DNA of 63,256 nt, counting the filler, from Choristocarpus tenellus KU-1152 (lineage: Eukaryota; Protista; Phaeophyceae), in the NCBI GenBank assembly GCA_964200185.2. It is 13 parts of 13 records of this genome, joined end to end, with 100 filler letters (N's around TTAATTAATTAA, not from the genome) between each part and the next. Parts side by side here need not be neighbours in the genome. Positions count along the whole stretch, not along the records: positions 1 to 4,244 come from CAXNAD020015512.1; positions 4,345 to 8,440 come from CAXNAD020016239.1; positions 8,541 to 12,316 come from CAXNAD020017984.1; 10 more parts are not named here. One strand, written 5' to 3'. Within the stretch, counting starts at the first letter, position 1. Each line of letters begins with the position of its first letter. The notes below the pieces were generated by a model. It was not told the DNA's origin, made no database searches, and saw only the letters and a list, made by a program, of their open reading frames with translations. Of this stretch, positions 1 through 11,769 are shown piece after piece. The position numbers and the translations under genes were made by a program.

Positions 1-1184
1 AAAAAACCCCTCAATAAAAAAAAACACTATTCCCAATTCCCCACCATAACAAAAAAAACCCCCCCACAAAAAAAAAAAAAAAAGCACCGCGAAGCAAAGA
101 GACCATTCTTTCTTCACCTACAAAACAAACACCTGAGCAAGACATAACAACTCTACTAACACGACCAACACAACAAAAAAAACACACAAAGCAAGAGACT
201 ACACAATTAACATCTACTCAACAACATTCAGTCGAGTAACTCAGCACCCTCCAAGCTATACTCCTAACCGCAACCCACACTAATCAGAAAAAAAAGAACC
301 AACAATCTTCTAGAGCCGGTGCGTGGCGCTTCCATCCACGTTGCAGTCCCTGCATGTCACGGTTGAGTCCGCACCAGGCAAAAGGACTGCCCCATGACTG
401 CTAGACTCTGACGCAAGGGGCATGTTCTAGTAGTCTAGTCTTGTGAACGAGGGTCTGCTCAAGAGATAAGTATCACTCACTAATCATCGAGAACCTTGTT
501 ATGGGTCGGGTTCTTTTTTGATGGCTTGTGTCGCTGGCGACTGTGTGTGTCAGTTACACAACCTACCCACTGGAGGTAAACGCCGTGAATCATAATATCA
601 ACACCCTCACGCAGTTTGGAATGCCTCCCAAAACACAGGCTAGCATCATTCCAGCTTGGACAGTCAACAAAACGCAAAATTAGGACTGATAGAACAATGA
701 ACAACCCCAGCACATACAAAATACATTTGGCTGACATTATCCCTACCTACCTCTCACCAACTACAGGGTCAGATCAGATCATATATCTGACCATCAAGTC
801 TTACATTATCTTACCACAAACTGTATCATATTGCATTATACACTACCACTATAACATAACAATTTCAATATATTGAACACCTTACACCATATGCTCTAAC
901 CCTAACCCTAACCATTTTCCCCTTCCATACAATAACAAAATCAGTATATTTCTGCACACGACGTATGCTACTAAAATCTAACCACATCGCAACTTTTAAG
1001 ATCAAAACACGTTGTCCTTTCCACAAAAAAAATCATCACCCCGTACCCTCCCTACCCCTACACAACACTTCATCCCATCTCACTACACAAACAACACTTA
1101 CTCCCCACATCACATCCTTCACGACCACATCCCAACATAATGCTGCACAAACACATTGTTGGACCACCTCACACCTCAGCTTAC

Positions 1185-1781
1185 CTCAGGGCTACTCTGC
1201 AAGTACACATCCCAACGCTGTGTCCACGTGGTGTCAGGATCCAGCTCCCAAAACACATCGTATGTGAATATAACCTAGACCACAAAACAAATCAGATTTG
1301 AATATGTCTTGGGTTCAGGGTCAGATCGATCCTATACAACATATTCTTATTCCTTGATTTTAAAGTGAGAAATACCATGAATCGAGGTGTTGCATGCAGC
1401 CCTGCATGCACAATACATATTTCTTGTTACAATTAAAAAAAAAGACTGTCAAATTATTACAAGACACACTATCATTGAGTGAAAGTATCGTAGAGGGTAC
1501 AAGTTTTGCTCTGTTTGTCCATTTGGGGCTTGGCTTCCCATAGTTTTTTTTTGTGACATTTTCCTATTCCAAAATTCTTAGGAGTAGGTAAAATGTATAC
1601 GTTATGAAAAGGTTTGTCCAGAACATGGATATTGACACTTCCTAACAAACACAATAGCCAAAATTACATCGAAATTGCTACATTGGATTTTGGGCACCAA
1701 ATGGACGCAGTTCTACCCTCTAAGATACTTTCGCTCATTATTATTACTATGTTTGAAAATTCAATTCCTTGATTGAAACAC

Positions 1782-1812
<31 letters not shown>

Positions 1813-2490
1813 TGCTTTTATGGTTCAAATGCTTCGAAGTACACAATCTCAAACATCTGTACTCAACATTCATTTTAGTAGCAAGATACCAAAGGAAGAG
1901 ATCAATCAAATGGATACACAGCCTCCGCGGGGACACCCAGGTGCTCGCAAACAAACAAGATTCTAGTCTAACCCTAACCCTAATCTTCTGAACACAATCA
2001 AATCCTAACCCTAACCCTAACCCAAACGAAAAAGTAAAACTTATCAAGTAATCCAAGGTAGACACGTGCAGCAAGCCAAGTCTCGACATAAATCAACAGT
2101 AACTCCCTCTCCTCCCCAAACCAAAACATCCACCTTACCCCCCACATCAACAACACTTCACACCCCTTCCCCTATGTGCCCCCGAACTCTAGACTAGATT
2201 GTAACATAATCATTGATAAAACTAACCCTAACACTAACAACACATCAAGTAACAAGGATTGCCAATGCATCTCACTTCTACACAAAAAAAAACAAATCTA
2301 AACCGTATCACACTTCCACAAGAGGCTAAAGATAGATCAACACCTCGCTCATCTAACCCTAACCCTAACCCTAACCCACAAATACACCTCATCAGCAGTT
2401 TCAGCTGATTGCAGACCCTCAGGTGTAGTCGGCATCCTTAGAGTCTCCTTACACGTCTCCAGGGGAGTACTTTCATCAAGCACTTCAGCC
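1185..2490 (-). CDS. Transmembrane 9 superfamily (TM9SF/EMP70, nonaspanin) protein, two internal exons
   Basis: Exons 2490-2388 (AEVLDESTPLETCKE...ADE|gt) and 1274-1185 (ag|VIFTYDVFWELDPDTTWTQRWDVYLQSSPE|gtaagc) join in phase. IFTYDVxW...WxxRWDxYL is the TM9SF luminal motif just before TM1. Confidence 0.85.
1477..1736 (+). mobile_element. MITE family A copy 1 (PIF/Harbinger Tourist-like)
   Basis: TIRs GAGTGAAAGTATCGTAGAGGGTA / TACCCTCTAAGATACTTTCGCTC; 3-bp TSD ATT; six more copies in the window. Confidence 0.9.
2354..2377. repeat. Short interstitial telomeric (CCCTAA/TTAGGG)n tract, one of many
   Basis: Others at ~895, 1967, 2003, 3171, 5105, 37376, 44356, 44860, 51709, 52794, 53019, 53213 and 53369. 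Confidence 0.9.
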
Positions 2491-4244
2491 CTGAGCAAGA
2501 TGGAAAAGACATCAGAGCACACCCAGGGAAGAAAGGGGGAGGGAAAGGGGGAGGGGGAGGGGGAGGGGGGCAAGGAGAAGGAGAAGGTGGAGGTAAACAA
2601 GACAAACGGTGTGTGACAATTGTGATACTCCCACGAACACTACTAAAAAATAAAAATAAAAATAATATAAAAATTGTTACACGCCAGCACATACTGAACA
2701 GAAGGCGCGCGTGTGTGTGTATGTATGCAGCCCCGATGGGGGACCCCAAAATTTTTGAAACCTCACCTAACAAGAAATCGGAGCTTGGCGGAGAGGTATA
2801 ACACTCTAACAGTACATGCATTCTAACCCTGAATGGTGAAACAGATTCCACACTCAACATCCACAGTTTGATTCTTAGTTACAACACCATACCGCTGATT
2901 TATTTTTTTTGAAGACTGCCGCGTGTAGTCAGCCATCGCAGTGAGTGCTTCAGGCCTATACAATTATTAGTACTAATGCTGTTGTGATTGTAGGTGTTGC
3001 TGTACTACTGTATGGTGGGACTTTCGAAGGGTCAGCACCCAAACAATCCACGCTATTTACTTTTACCTACCCATCTTTGATCGTGAGGTTAGGATTAGGG
3101 AGTAGGTACGGCAGGGGAGAGCAGTCGGAACCAACTCAACCACCTTGGCAGGGATACACAACGTATAATAGGGTTAGGGTTAGGGCTAGGGCTAATCTCA
3201 GTCTCAGGGTTATACCCTGACAGTAGTAGCACTGCAGTAGACCATTTGCAATGGTGTTTCCAGGTGGACTGCGATAATTAATTCATATATATGTATGTAT
3301 ACCAAAACACTTCTGGTCAGTACCATGCACAACACACCCATGGCAGGCATTCAACATCACCAATTTTACCACAAGGGCACTGATGTCATCAATTGATCCA
3401 TCCCTACGTACATACACGCTCCTAGACTCAATCACACATGCGCCAAATCAAGATGCACACATGTCACGCTAGAGCCCAACCGTCACATGCAGCCCAGGAG
3501 ACAGAGGACACATGCAGCCATCACACTTGAGTATTCATCCTCACCACATATTAAAATAAAGAATAAAAAAAATAATAAAGGAAATAGCCACATCACCTTC
3601 AAGCTACAGGAAAGGAAGTCCAATCCCTTCTCCCCCCCCCCAAACATCACAGTCTAAGACACAAACCCTCTCTCGAAGAAGTTGATGTTTCCAGAACTCA
3701 AGCTTCTCAACCAACCACTATCAAATCAACCTCACTGGCTGCTCATCACACGTTCACCAACAGTTTGGACACCAGTATCCCAAGAGCCGATTAGCAACCT
3801 CTTCTTCCAAAGCTACACACACAGATCCATTTTTCCTGCCACAAGTACTAAAAGTTCATCAGCCAACATTCTACTACGCCAATGTAGCACAGAACACAAT
3901 CAATAAATCAATAAATCAATCCCATTTACTTCTCTACGCCAACAGCTAACACTACCCCCTCTTACACAATTTTTCTTTCACACACACAAGAGGCTCGAGA
4001 ATATTCTGGACGCACTCCATCCTAAATGAAAAAAAACAACGTAATCCCTAACCTAAAAAAATAAATAAAATCCCACGTAACACTTTCACCTAGTGTGGTG
4101 GTGGTGGTGACAGTCCATTTGGGGCCCCATTTTCCATGCCACCATTTTATGTGTGATTTGGTCACATGCGTCAGATGGATAATGTAAGTGCACATCTCCT
4201 GGTCAGGGCCCGAATGAACCCCCTCCCTGGTGTAGACCCCCCCC

Positions 4245-4344
4245 NNNNNNNNNNNNNNNNNNNNNNNNNNNNNNNNNNNNNNNNNNNNTTAATTAATTAA
4301 NNNNNNNNNNNNNNNNNNNNNNNNNNNNNNNNNNNNNNNNNNNN
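4245..4344. other. Artificial contig spacer N44-TTAATTAATTAA-N44 (first of 12)
   Basis: Identical spacers also at 8441-8540, 12317-12416, 19682-19781, 23499-23598, 26261-26360, 29486-29585, 37844-37943, 43829-43928, 46702-46801, 50156-50255 and 53976-54075. The core has stops in all six frames. Confidence 0.98.
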
Positions 4345-6566
4345 CCCCCCCCAGATACTCTTAGCCCAGAGATACTTTGACTCAGTCAGGAGAGGATTAC
4401 CATCTGTGCTTTTGGTGATCTTGTGTTATATGTTGCTTTCGATTGGTAGTATGCTACTGGCTCTGGGAGCGTCGTAGATCAAGATCGAGGTTTTCACATA
4501 TATTTCAGTGGCCTTGTTTTTGTTTGTAGTTTCTGGAGGTGACTGATGTGAAAACACCTACAGTTGCTCTTGCTAAACAAACGTAGATATCAAGCACATA
4601 CTGGAAGTCCACTGACGTGGAGAAAATTACTAATCCAAATGTAACCAGTCAACAGTCTATTCCACAAGTTGATAATCTTTGATTTATTCAATCTGTGGTA
4701 GTAGGGTATGAATCATTGCGATTCACAAGAATACAAAGTTTTAATTGGTGTGCACCGCTGTGTCTTCATTGTGTTCCTTCCAGAGGGTCTGCTGCTACGA
4801 CCCATCTTCCACGTTGAAGTGCACAGGGGAACCAACCACTCTGTCCTCGAAAACCTACCGTCCTTGGGGAATCCCTACTGTCATTTTTTTTTTCACTTCT
4901 TCAAACGAAGCTTAGGTCTTATTTTTCACACACAGTTTACGTTAAGGGTTATGGTTTGGGGTAGAGTTAGTTTGTCGAAAGCTAGTGTGAGAATAAAAAA
5001 GTGGTAGATCCTTGATAGGTTGTGGTTTCCCATTGCACACTGTTCTCCTCGGCCACTTCTTCTAGAATGCCTCCTTGGCTGGTTAGGGATATTTTTCACA
5101 CACAAGTTAGAGTTAGGGTTAGAGATAGGGTTAGATTTTCAAAAATGCTTGCGGCAAAGTGAAAAAACACTGCAGTGGCATTCCCCAAGGACAGTGGAGG
5201 TTGTCGAAGACAGGGGGCTCTCCTGTACACTGCAACGTGGCATCTGTGGAGGCATACCTGAGGGACTCTCTCTCTCTCTCTCTCAGTGCTAAAGGGCAAC
5301 TATCCTCTAATGAATCAGGAGCACATCAAAGCGATCCCCTTGTGGACCCTCATATATTCTTTCTCACCATCTCCAAACCCCTGAGAACATCCAGACCATT
5401 TTTTTAGACCACAGGGAAAATCATTCTGTAGCCGTTAGGAAAACCATTGTGAGGAGGATCGATCAACAAAGAAGATTATTACAGCAACTCAAGAGAGACA
5501 TACAGGGGAGTGAGGGAACTTCTCAATATTGGCGCATTAACTTCACCCTGGAATCTAGCTGGGTGCTCTTAGGAGCACAGATGCTCTCATTTTAGCTCGT
5601 AGAGTTAGGGTACTTGTGAGCTCAGCTACTTGTATCAGGTATTAGAAAAATAATCTCTAAGTGAGATGGAGAAGTAGGTAACATGATTCGTCAACGTTTT
5701 GTCCCTTTCACCCCTGTCAGCTGTATAGTGCAGGTTGTCTGTGAACATTGTGCAGAGTCTATAATAGTATCGTCATAGTATTCGGCACTGACACATCAAA
5801 AAAACACCATCGGAAGTGATCCAGTCAGGATACATTAATGAGAAAGCACAGTATACAACCCAGGCAATCGCTCACACCAATAAGGAACTTAGCTACGGAC
5901 CCAGAATATGGTAATGGTTTGTTACACCCTATGAAAATGGTGTATAAATACCTACTACTATTGCGTGTAATGTGCGCTAAGTGCCTGCTCCATAAATACA
6001 GCGACTGAAGCAATTGCAGGAGCATTTGGATGTCAGGGAAAGACGCACCTAATTGACACTCAAGTGAAAACAGAGTACTTCGAGTTCTTTCAATTGTGAA
6101 ATTGGTGTTACGTAGGTGGTCACAATGGTCAACTTGCCTACCTGAGATCAAAGCTTCAAAACTCAGGCGAAAACAGGATGAAACTGAAAGCAGCTGGTCT
6201 ATTCCTAGGATGAAGAGAAGGAGAGATCTTGCGAAGATAATATACCCAGCATGAATCATAGTTTCGTCTTCGACTTACAACTAGATGGAGCTTAGCGAAC
6301 ATTCAGTAATTTCTTGCAATCAAGATGGGTACACATGTTTCGTGAAGAGATTTGAATGAAGTTGTGTCTCAGGCTATAAACTCACAGGCAGACTGCACCA
6401 AGATCCAGACGTAAAAGTGAATATACTTGTTGTTTCTCCGATATAATGGCCGTCTGAATGGCACACACAAATGTTGTGGGAGTATTTGATTTACCCTAAC
6501 CCTAGATATGAAGATGGGTTCTTCAATGAACGCCGTATCTATTTCTATATGCCAACGCAACAACTG

Positions 6567-7857
6567 CTATCGCCAATCTGGCTTCTCTACACCATGCTCC
6601 TGACCGACCGCAAGCGCTCTCTCCTCCCGAAATTTGCGTATATTTCGCATACCCTCTGCAGTGCGAAGGATATATTTCGGGCAGGCTCGTATCTGAGGGT
6701 GGAAGCTACAATGGGAATCCTCGTTGCGTATGAGCTGACTTTGTCTACTTCGGAGGTCAGCTTCTCGGCTTCCGCTCTCCAGCTGCAGAGGAAGTACATC
6801 GTATTTGACAAAACAAAAAGGGAAAGTTACAGGATGTGTCCTTAGGCATGGGAAAGTGTCCATTAAGATTTCTCTAATAGCACCATAGTAGACGTTACAA
6901 TAAACATCGGAGAAGAGAATCGAGCGGAAATCTGGGGAAGAGCACAGACGTATATCTATGTAATGGAGACTAGCCCAGATTCTTTTCCGAACCTGTGGGC
7001 ATCACAGCAATGTCAATGGAAATGTTAGATGGATGGGTTGAGCAAGTAGTCTAAGGGTGAAGCATGGACTGGAAGATTTCATTACCTTGATTCGCTCAGT
7101 GTAGGTTTCAAGCTCGTTTGCCAATCGAAGTTTGGAGGCTGTGTCAGGTGCCAGAGGATCTCCTCTGGTGAAGAGATGAGGCTGGAACGTAAAGTTTTGC
7201 CCTTCCAAATCCTTCAAAAGTTGACCCTCCTTTCGAGCCTGAACCATTCGCTGAAATGGAGTGTCGAGGTCAGAGTCTGGTTGCAAACTGGTAGGACAGC
7301 ATTCCTAGAGATTATCCAGCACAAACTACTCTGTAATACCCAGGCATCAAGAATTAACCATGCATTCGCCTACACACCAAAATAGGCTGCAAATTCGACA
7401 GGTATGTAAGAATCATATATGGATCCAAACTAAATGAGAGGTACTCAACGTTTGCCCATTTTGCATTCTAAGCCATTATAAAAATCTTTTGCAAAGTTTG
7501 ACAGGAGAACGTTTATTTCTCTATTGTTTGAAACGTTTTGACACAATTCAGAAAATTTCCTACACACATTTGTAATATTAGATGAATTTTGCACACATTT
7601 GTCAGCATCCTTAAGATGCAACTCCGGGTACCTCTCGTTAATTTGATTAATCATCTGGGCGAACCCCAAGATAGTGCGGTGGAACTGTTCAAATTTGTAC
7701 ACTATTGATGTGGCACCTGCTTTGCTTCTCGAAGTGCAGTATCACCAATACTTCTCTCTGCAGTTGACCTTGATCTGGATGTCTTCGACATAGCAGTCAG
7801 CAGTGGAGAGAATGTGCATATCTTTTTCTCTCTCTCCTTAGCTAGACGGTATGCAGA
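6567..7857 (-). CDS. Hypothetical protein with repeated C/F-T/S-F-x-P motifs, last three exons
   Basis: Phase-0 exons 7857-7717 (SAYRLAKEREKKICTFSP...), 7304-7086 (...NFTFQP...ETYTERIK|gtaatg) and 6782-6567 (...HCSFHPQIRACPKYI...KPDWR*). All have AG/GT borders and one TFxP-type motif each. Confidence 0.7.
7425..7645. repeat. Dispersed repeat family B fragment (intronic), bounded by inverted AAA(C/T)GAGAGGTAC motifs
   Basis: CCAAACTAAATGAGAGGTACT ... GGGTACCTCTCGTTAATTTG; 7508-7565 aligns with the reverse complement of 41701-41760. Confidence 0.7.
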
Positions 7858-8292
7858 CTACAATCAGTCCGCAATGTCGCAGTATATCCCGACATGAGAG
7901 ACATGAGGGAGGAGGGTTTTGAGCGTGTTACTCACTAAATGGGAGAAACAACTGGCTTAGCTACATGCTCTATCCATTAAACTGGGACAATGGTCAATGT
8001 ACTCACACAAAATTGAGTCTCTCTGCACGTAAGTGATATGGTTCAAATTTTTTGAAGTATGCATTTACCCTCTACAATCCAATAACCAAGGGTAATGGAA
8101 TGCTTGGCTGTTTGAGGTCAACGACAGAACCGAATGCATGGAGAAGGTGTTCGAAGTTAATAGGTCTGAATGATCTACATCTTCTCTCAAATTTGGTGAA
8201 TGACACTCTGAGCCCATATGAACTATGATAGTCACATTTACGATTGGACTAGAGCACCGCTATTTTTTTGTGACAAATCTCGTGTCATGCAA

Positions 8293-8440
8293 TGGCTCAA
8301 AGTGTTTGGGGGGGGGGTAGCGGCTGTCCATTTGGGGTCAATTTCGGGTCAAAGTATCTTGGAGGGGGGCGTGGTTTGTGAGGGGGCATCCGTTTCGGTC
8401 AAACAACTCTTTTTTTGCAGACATTTCAAATCCGACACGT
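8293..8440 (+). mobile_element. Sister MITE (family A2/A3) left ends, apparently nested, truncated by the contig end
   Basis: GGCTCAAAGTGTTTGGGG...GTCCATTTGGGG is followed by a second GGGTCAAAGTATCTTGGAGGGGG. The internal GACATTTCAAATCCGACACGT recurs at 54577. Confidence 0.7.
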
Positions 8441-9466
8441 NNNNNNNNNNNNNNNNNNNNNNNNNNNNNNNNNNNNNNNNNNNNTTAATTAATTAANNNN
8501 NNNNNNNNNNNNNNNNNNNNNNNNNNNNNNNNNNNNNNNNCCCCTTACAAACCACCCCCTCCAGATACTTTGACCCATTAGGGTTACAATTTTCTCGGCT
8601 TTTACAATTTTCCAACTAGGTGAGAAGAAACAAAATAGAGTCAACATGGCTGGAGGAAAAAATATGACAAGAGTTATCCCTGGGCATGTCCACAACACAA
8701 AAAAAGGCCAGCAGGCACAGATGAAGCTGTAGCTACGCAGTGAGAAACAGGGCGACTAAATCAACCTCTAAAATATCCACACCTTTGCTGATACAGTTCA
8801 AAAGGGACAGCAAACAATCTGCCCTAGGTTCCCATTTCTAACACGGCAGGAACGCCAATGCCAACCCAATGCCAATGAAAAGGGTTATGGTTAGAGTTAA
8901 GGTTAGGAAACAAGGGAACAAACTTTCCATAATATCAAGACATGACCCAGAGAGGCGAAGTGCATCAAATCAATATACCATGCACCGTACCAGGGTGAGT
9001 TAAGAGACACGGGTGTACACTGGAATTGATTGCGTATACTCGAGACGGACAGTAACCGCCTTAAATAAAAAATAAAATTGTATCACCTTGGCTTTGGATC
9101 TGCTTCTTGATCAACCAAATAAAAAAATCCTTCTTTACAAGTTGGGGATATATATATATATATGTATGTTTCTGGATTATGTTGACGATAGGATCTATGA
9201 CATACATGCTGGAATCACATAAACATTTTCAACGTATGAATCGGCACTACTCACAGCAATGCCCTTCACCTGTTATGAAATTATGGAAATCGATGCACTT
9301 GATAAAAAACACAACTACAATCCTACCGATATTGTTGCCCAATATCATTCTTAGTACGGTTTAGTCCCAGTTAAGAGGATTGCAGTGGGCACCCCCAGAT
9401 TTAGCATCAAGACAAGTCTTTTCCCTGGCTCCACCAACCCATAGATGTCCTTGCCAACCCGCACAC

Positions 9467-10452
9467 CTTAGGGGCCCAGATGCCATCCATCTTTCCCAGC
9501 AGCCAGTGCTTGGGCGCATTCAGGCGCTTCAAATGCTTCTTAGGTCCGCGACCCTAGAAGAATGGGCAAAGGCAAAGAGGTTTAGTGAGATTGAAACGCC
9601 GAAGACTTCCCAGTATATCAATGGAGGATCGAAGCAAGACAGTCCTTAGAGGTATCTAATCTGACGGGAGTGTGGGCAGTGTGTGTATGCGAGGCGATAA
9701 GAGCGCACTTACACTTCAAATGTGGATTAAAAACAGTGTAGATACTACGTGATGATATGATCAGTGGTGTCGTCAGGGGCAAGCACTATCGGTCTTGTCG
9801 GGGCGTAAGCTATAGATCGCCTTTAAAGGGTCGCGAGAGGGGGCGACAGTACTGGGGTCGTTTTGTTCAGTCAGGTTCTGTGCTGCTGTCTGCAGTACAC
9901 AGCACATCTCCCGGGCCAAACTCATCTTCCTGTGCAAAAAAGAGTGTCTGCTTCTTCCAAATCCAAGGCTACAATGCTGCTCCTGCCTCTCAGGCGTTCA
10001 AGCCATTTAATTTCCTTAATGCCCAAGAGGTATCACCTTAAACATTCACTGTGTCAGAACCCAACATCCCATTCCAAGAGTTGCTCATCTTCTAGTCGAA
10101 GAGACAGTGTCACAAAAATTTCATTGCCATGCACAGGGGATGAAGGGCACGCAATGTGCCACAATACTATCACGCTTGTCAAAATCAGATTAAACCTACA
10201 ACCTATTACAAGGAAGACTCAAACCAAGGACCTAACGCTACAAGAGGACATAGCGGAAACTCCTGCACCAAAATACTATGAGGTATGTCATTTGGCCTCC
10301 TTCACTACAGTTGCAGAACCACACACGAACTATGGGGAAACATAAGAAGGAGGGTGTACTACACATCACTACCACGAAACGAAAAATCTCCTTTTCCGCA
10401 ATCCAGACTCATCGGAAGCAAGAGAGTAATACAACAAACAGAAACTCACCAT
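9467..10452 (-). CDS. RPS4: 40S ribosomal protein S4 (eS4), first two coding exons
   Basis: ATG at 10452-10450 is followed directly by donor gtgagt. Exon 9553-9467 = [29 protein letters not shown], the eS4 N-terminus. Confidence 0.96.
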
Positions 10453-10760
10453 GGTGCGTAGATTTTGGGGATAACCCACTAAAGAGCCTCTGGAGGGGGG
10501 TGGAGTATTGAGGGTGGATGCCAGGGCACCCAGTCCTTAACCACGAATTGCTCTCCTTGTTTTTTTTTCCATAGTAACGCCTCATTATTTGACGCACACT
10601 TTTGTGTGTGGGAGGGAAGATCAACAAGACTGTTGGGAGTCCTCTCTTTTTGGTCTGCTGACACGATACTTGAACCCCTCAACATCGAGTGAGCAGTACA
10701 AAGAGACATACTTCCCACTCATAGTACTGTTGAAATTGGTGGGATTCTCCTCATTGGAAT
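10453..10760. promoter_or_regulatory. Shared divergent promoter/5'UTR interval between RPS4 and eIF1A
   Basis: Only 308 nt separate the two outward-facing ATGs. A CTCTTT pyrimidine tract lies on the minus strand ~30 nt upstream of the RPS4 ATG. Confidence 0.7.
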
Positions 10761-11769
10761 ATGCCGAAAAATAAGGGTAAGGACAGACTTGGTGTCCCTC
10801 CAATAACTCCTTCACAACTCTTTGTCTGAGGAAAAGGGTATAGGACAATTTGTACTCAAGGGAAGATGTGAATAAAAAAAATTTAGAGAGGTGATGTCTG
10901 CGTGAAAATAAGAGTACCTTCGTCTTTAGTCTGCGGTATGGTCCAGATATTTGAAAATTGACATTCTTTGACGCTGCAGTTCAGCCTGGAATGAGCCATC
11001 TTGTGGTGCGCCCTCAGGTTGTGTTGTCGTTGCTGCTCTTGGGACGTAAATAATTAAACCATTCCACTCGTGATGGTACGATGAAGAAGGAACTGCCAAG
11101 GGTAAATCATCTGATACCGTCATAACGAGTCAGTCCGCAGTGATGGATGTTTTGCAGTGTGCAGTCGTTCAGTGCTAGCATGAACAGTAGTCTTTAAAAC
11201 TGAAGAATTGAAAGGTATGCCTTGTTCCACGTTTCCGGTGGTACTTGAGTTGAAAACCTTTATGATTGGTGCTGGACAAAGCCCAATCGTAGAATCTCGT
11301 CCCAACTGCTCCTTTCCCTCATCCACATCTTTCCTAAGACTTCAATTCCAATCCCTTGTCACTTGGCCGTGTGCCTGGGAGCTCTACTTCAATTTCTACC
11401 TCATTTACAAAACAGCAGTGTTTCCTTATGTGCTGCAACTATCAGAGACATCTTACTACTTCATGTGCCGTCCAATACTGACGTTTGCCCTTGGTGAACT
11501 GGGCGAGTTATAGTTGATGCGTAATCTCCGCTAGAGTCCCGGTTGCTTGCACCTCTCAAACAGTGCATCAATGGGCTGGTCATCAAGTGTTTTTTCGAGG
11601 TTGTGCGTACATTTGGTGTCATTTGCGCCTTCTCTTTCTGAACCCCATCGCGCAATGTCATCGTACTGACGCAGGCAAGGGTGGTAAGAACCGTCGGAGG
11701 GGTAAGAATGAGAATGAGGAGACCAAGCGAGAACTTGAGTTCAAGGAACACGGGCAAGAGTATGCTCAG
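10761..11769 (+). CDS. EIF1A: Eukaryotic translation initiation factor 1A, first two exons
   Basis: Exon 10761-10776 (ATG CCG AAA AAT AAG G|gtaagg) plus exon 11675-11769 give [37 protein letters not shown]. Confidence 0.97.

Noticed and set aside
260-435. Telomerase RNA (pseudoknot with A-rich loop)
   Set aside because: No intact CTAACCCTAA template upstream (only CCTAACCGCAACCC) and no U-rich triplex strand.
1664-2860. ORFs rich in VCVC, THTH, VRVR or poly-P
   Set aside because: Translations of (CA)n, TTAGGG and poly-G/C tracts.
5825-7702. Run of minus-strand ORFs that looked like an endogenous viral gene
   Set aside because: Explained by spliced exons of a host gene, an intronic repeat and 3' non-coding sequence; no viral motifs.
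8293-8580. Matching MITE ends on both sides of a gap, suggesting true adjacency (also 37800/38042)
   Set aside because: Flanking 3-mers do not match as TSDs (AAT or TTC vs ATT; CAT vs TTT).
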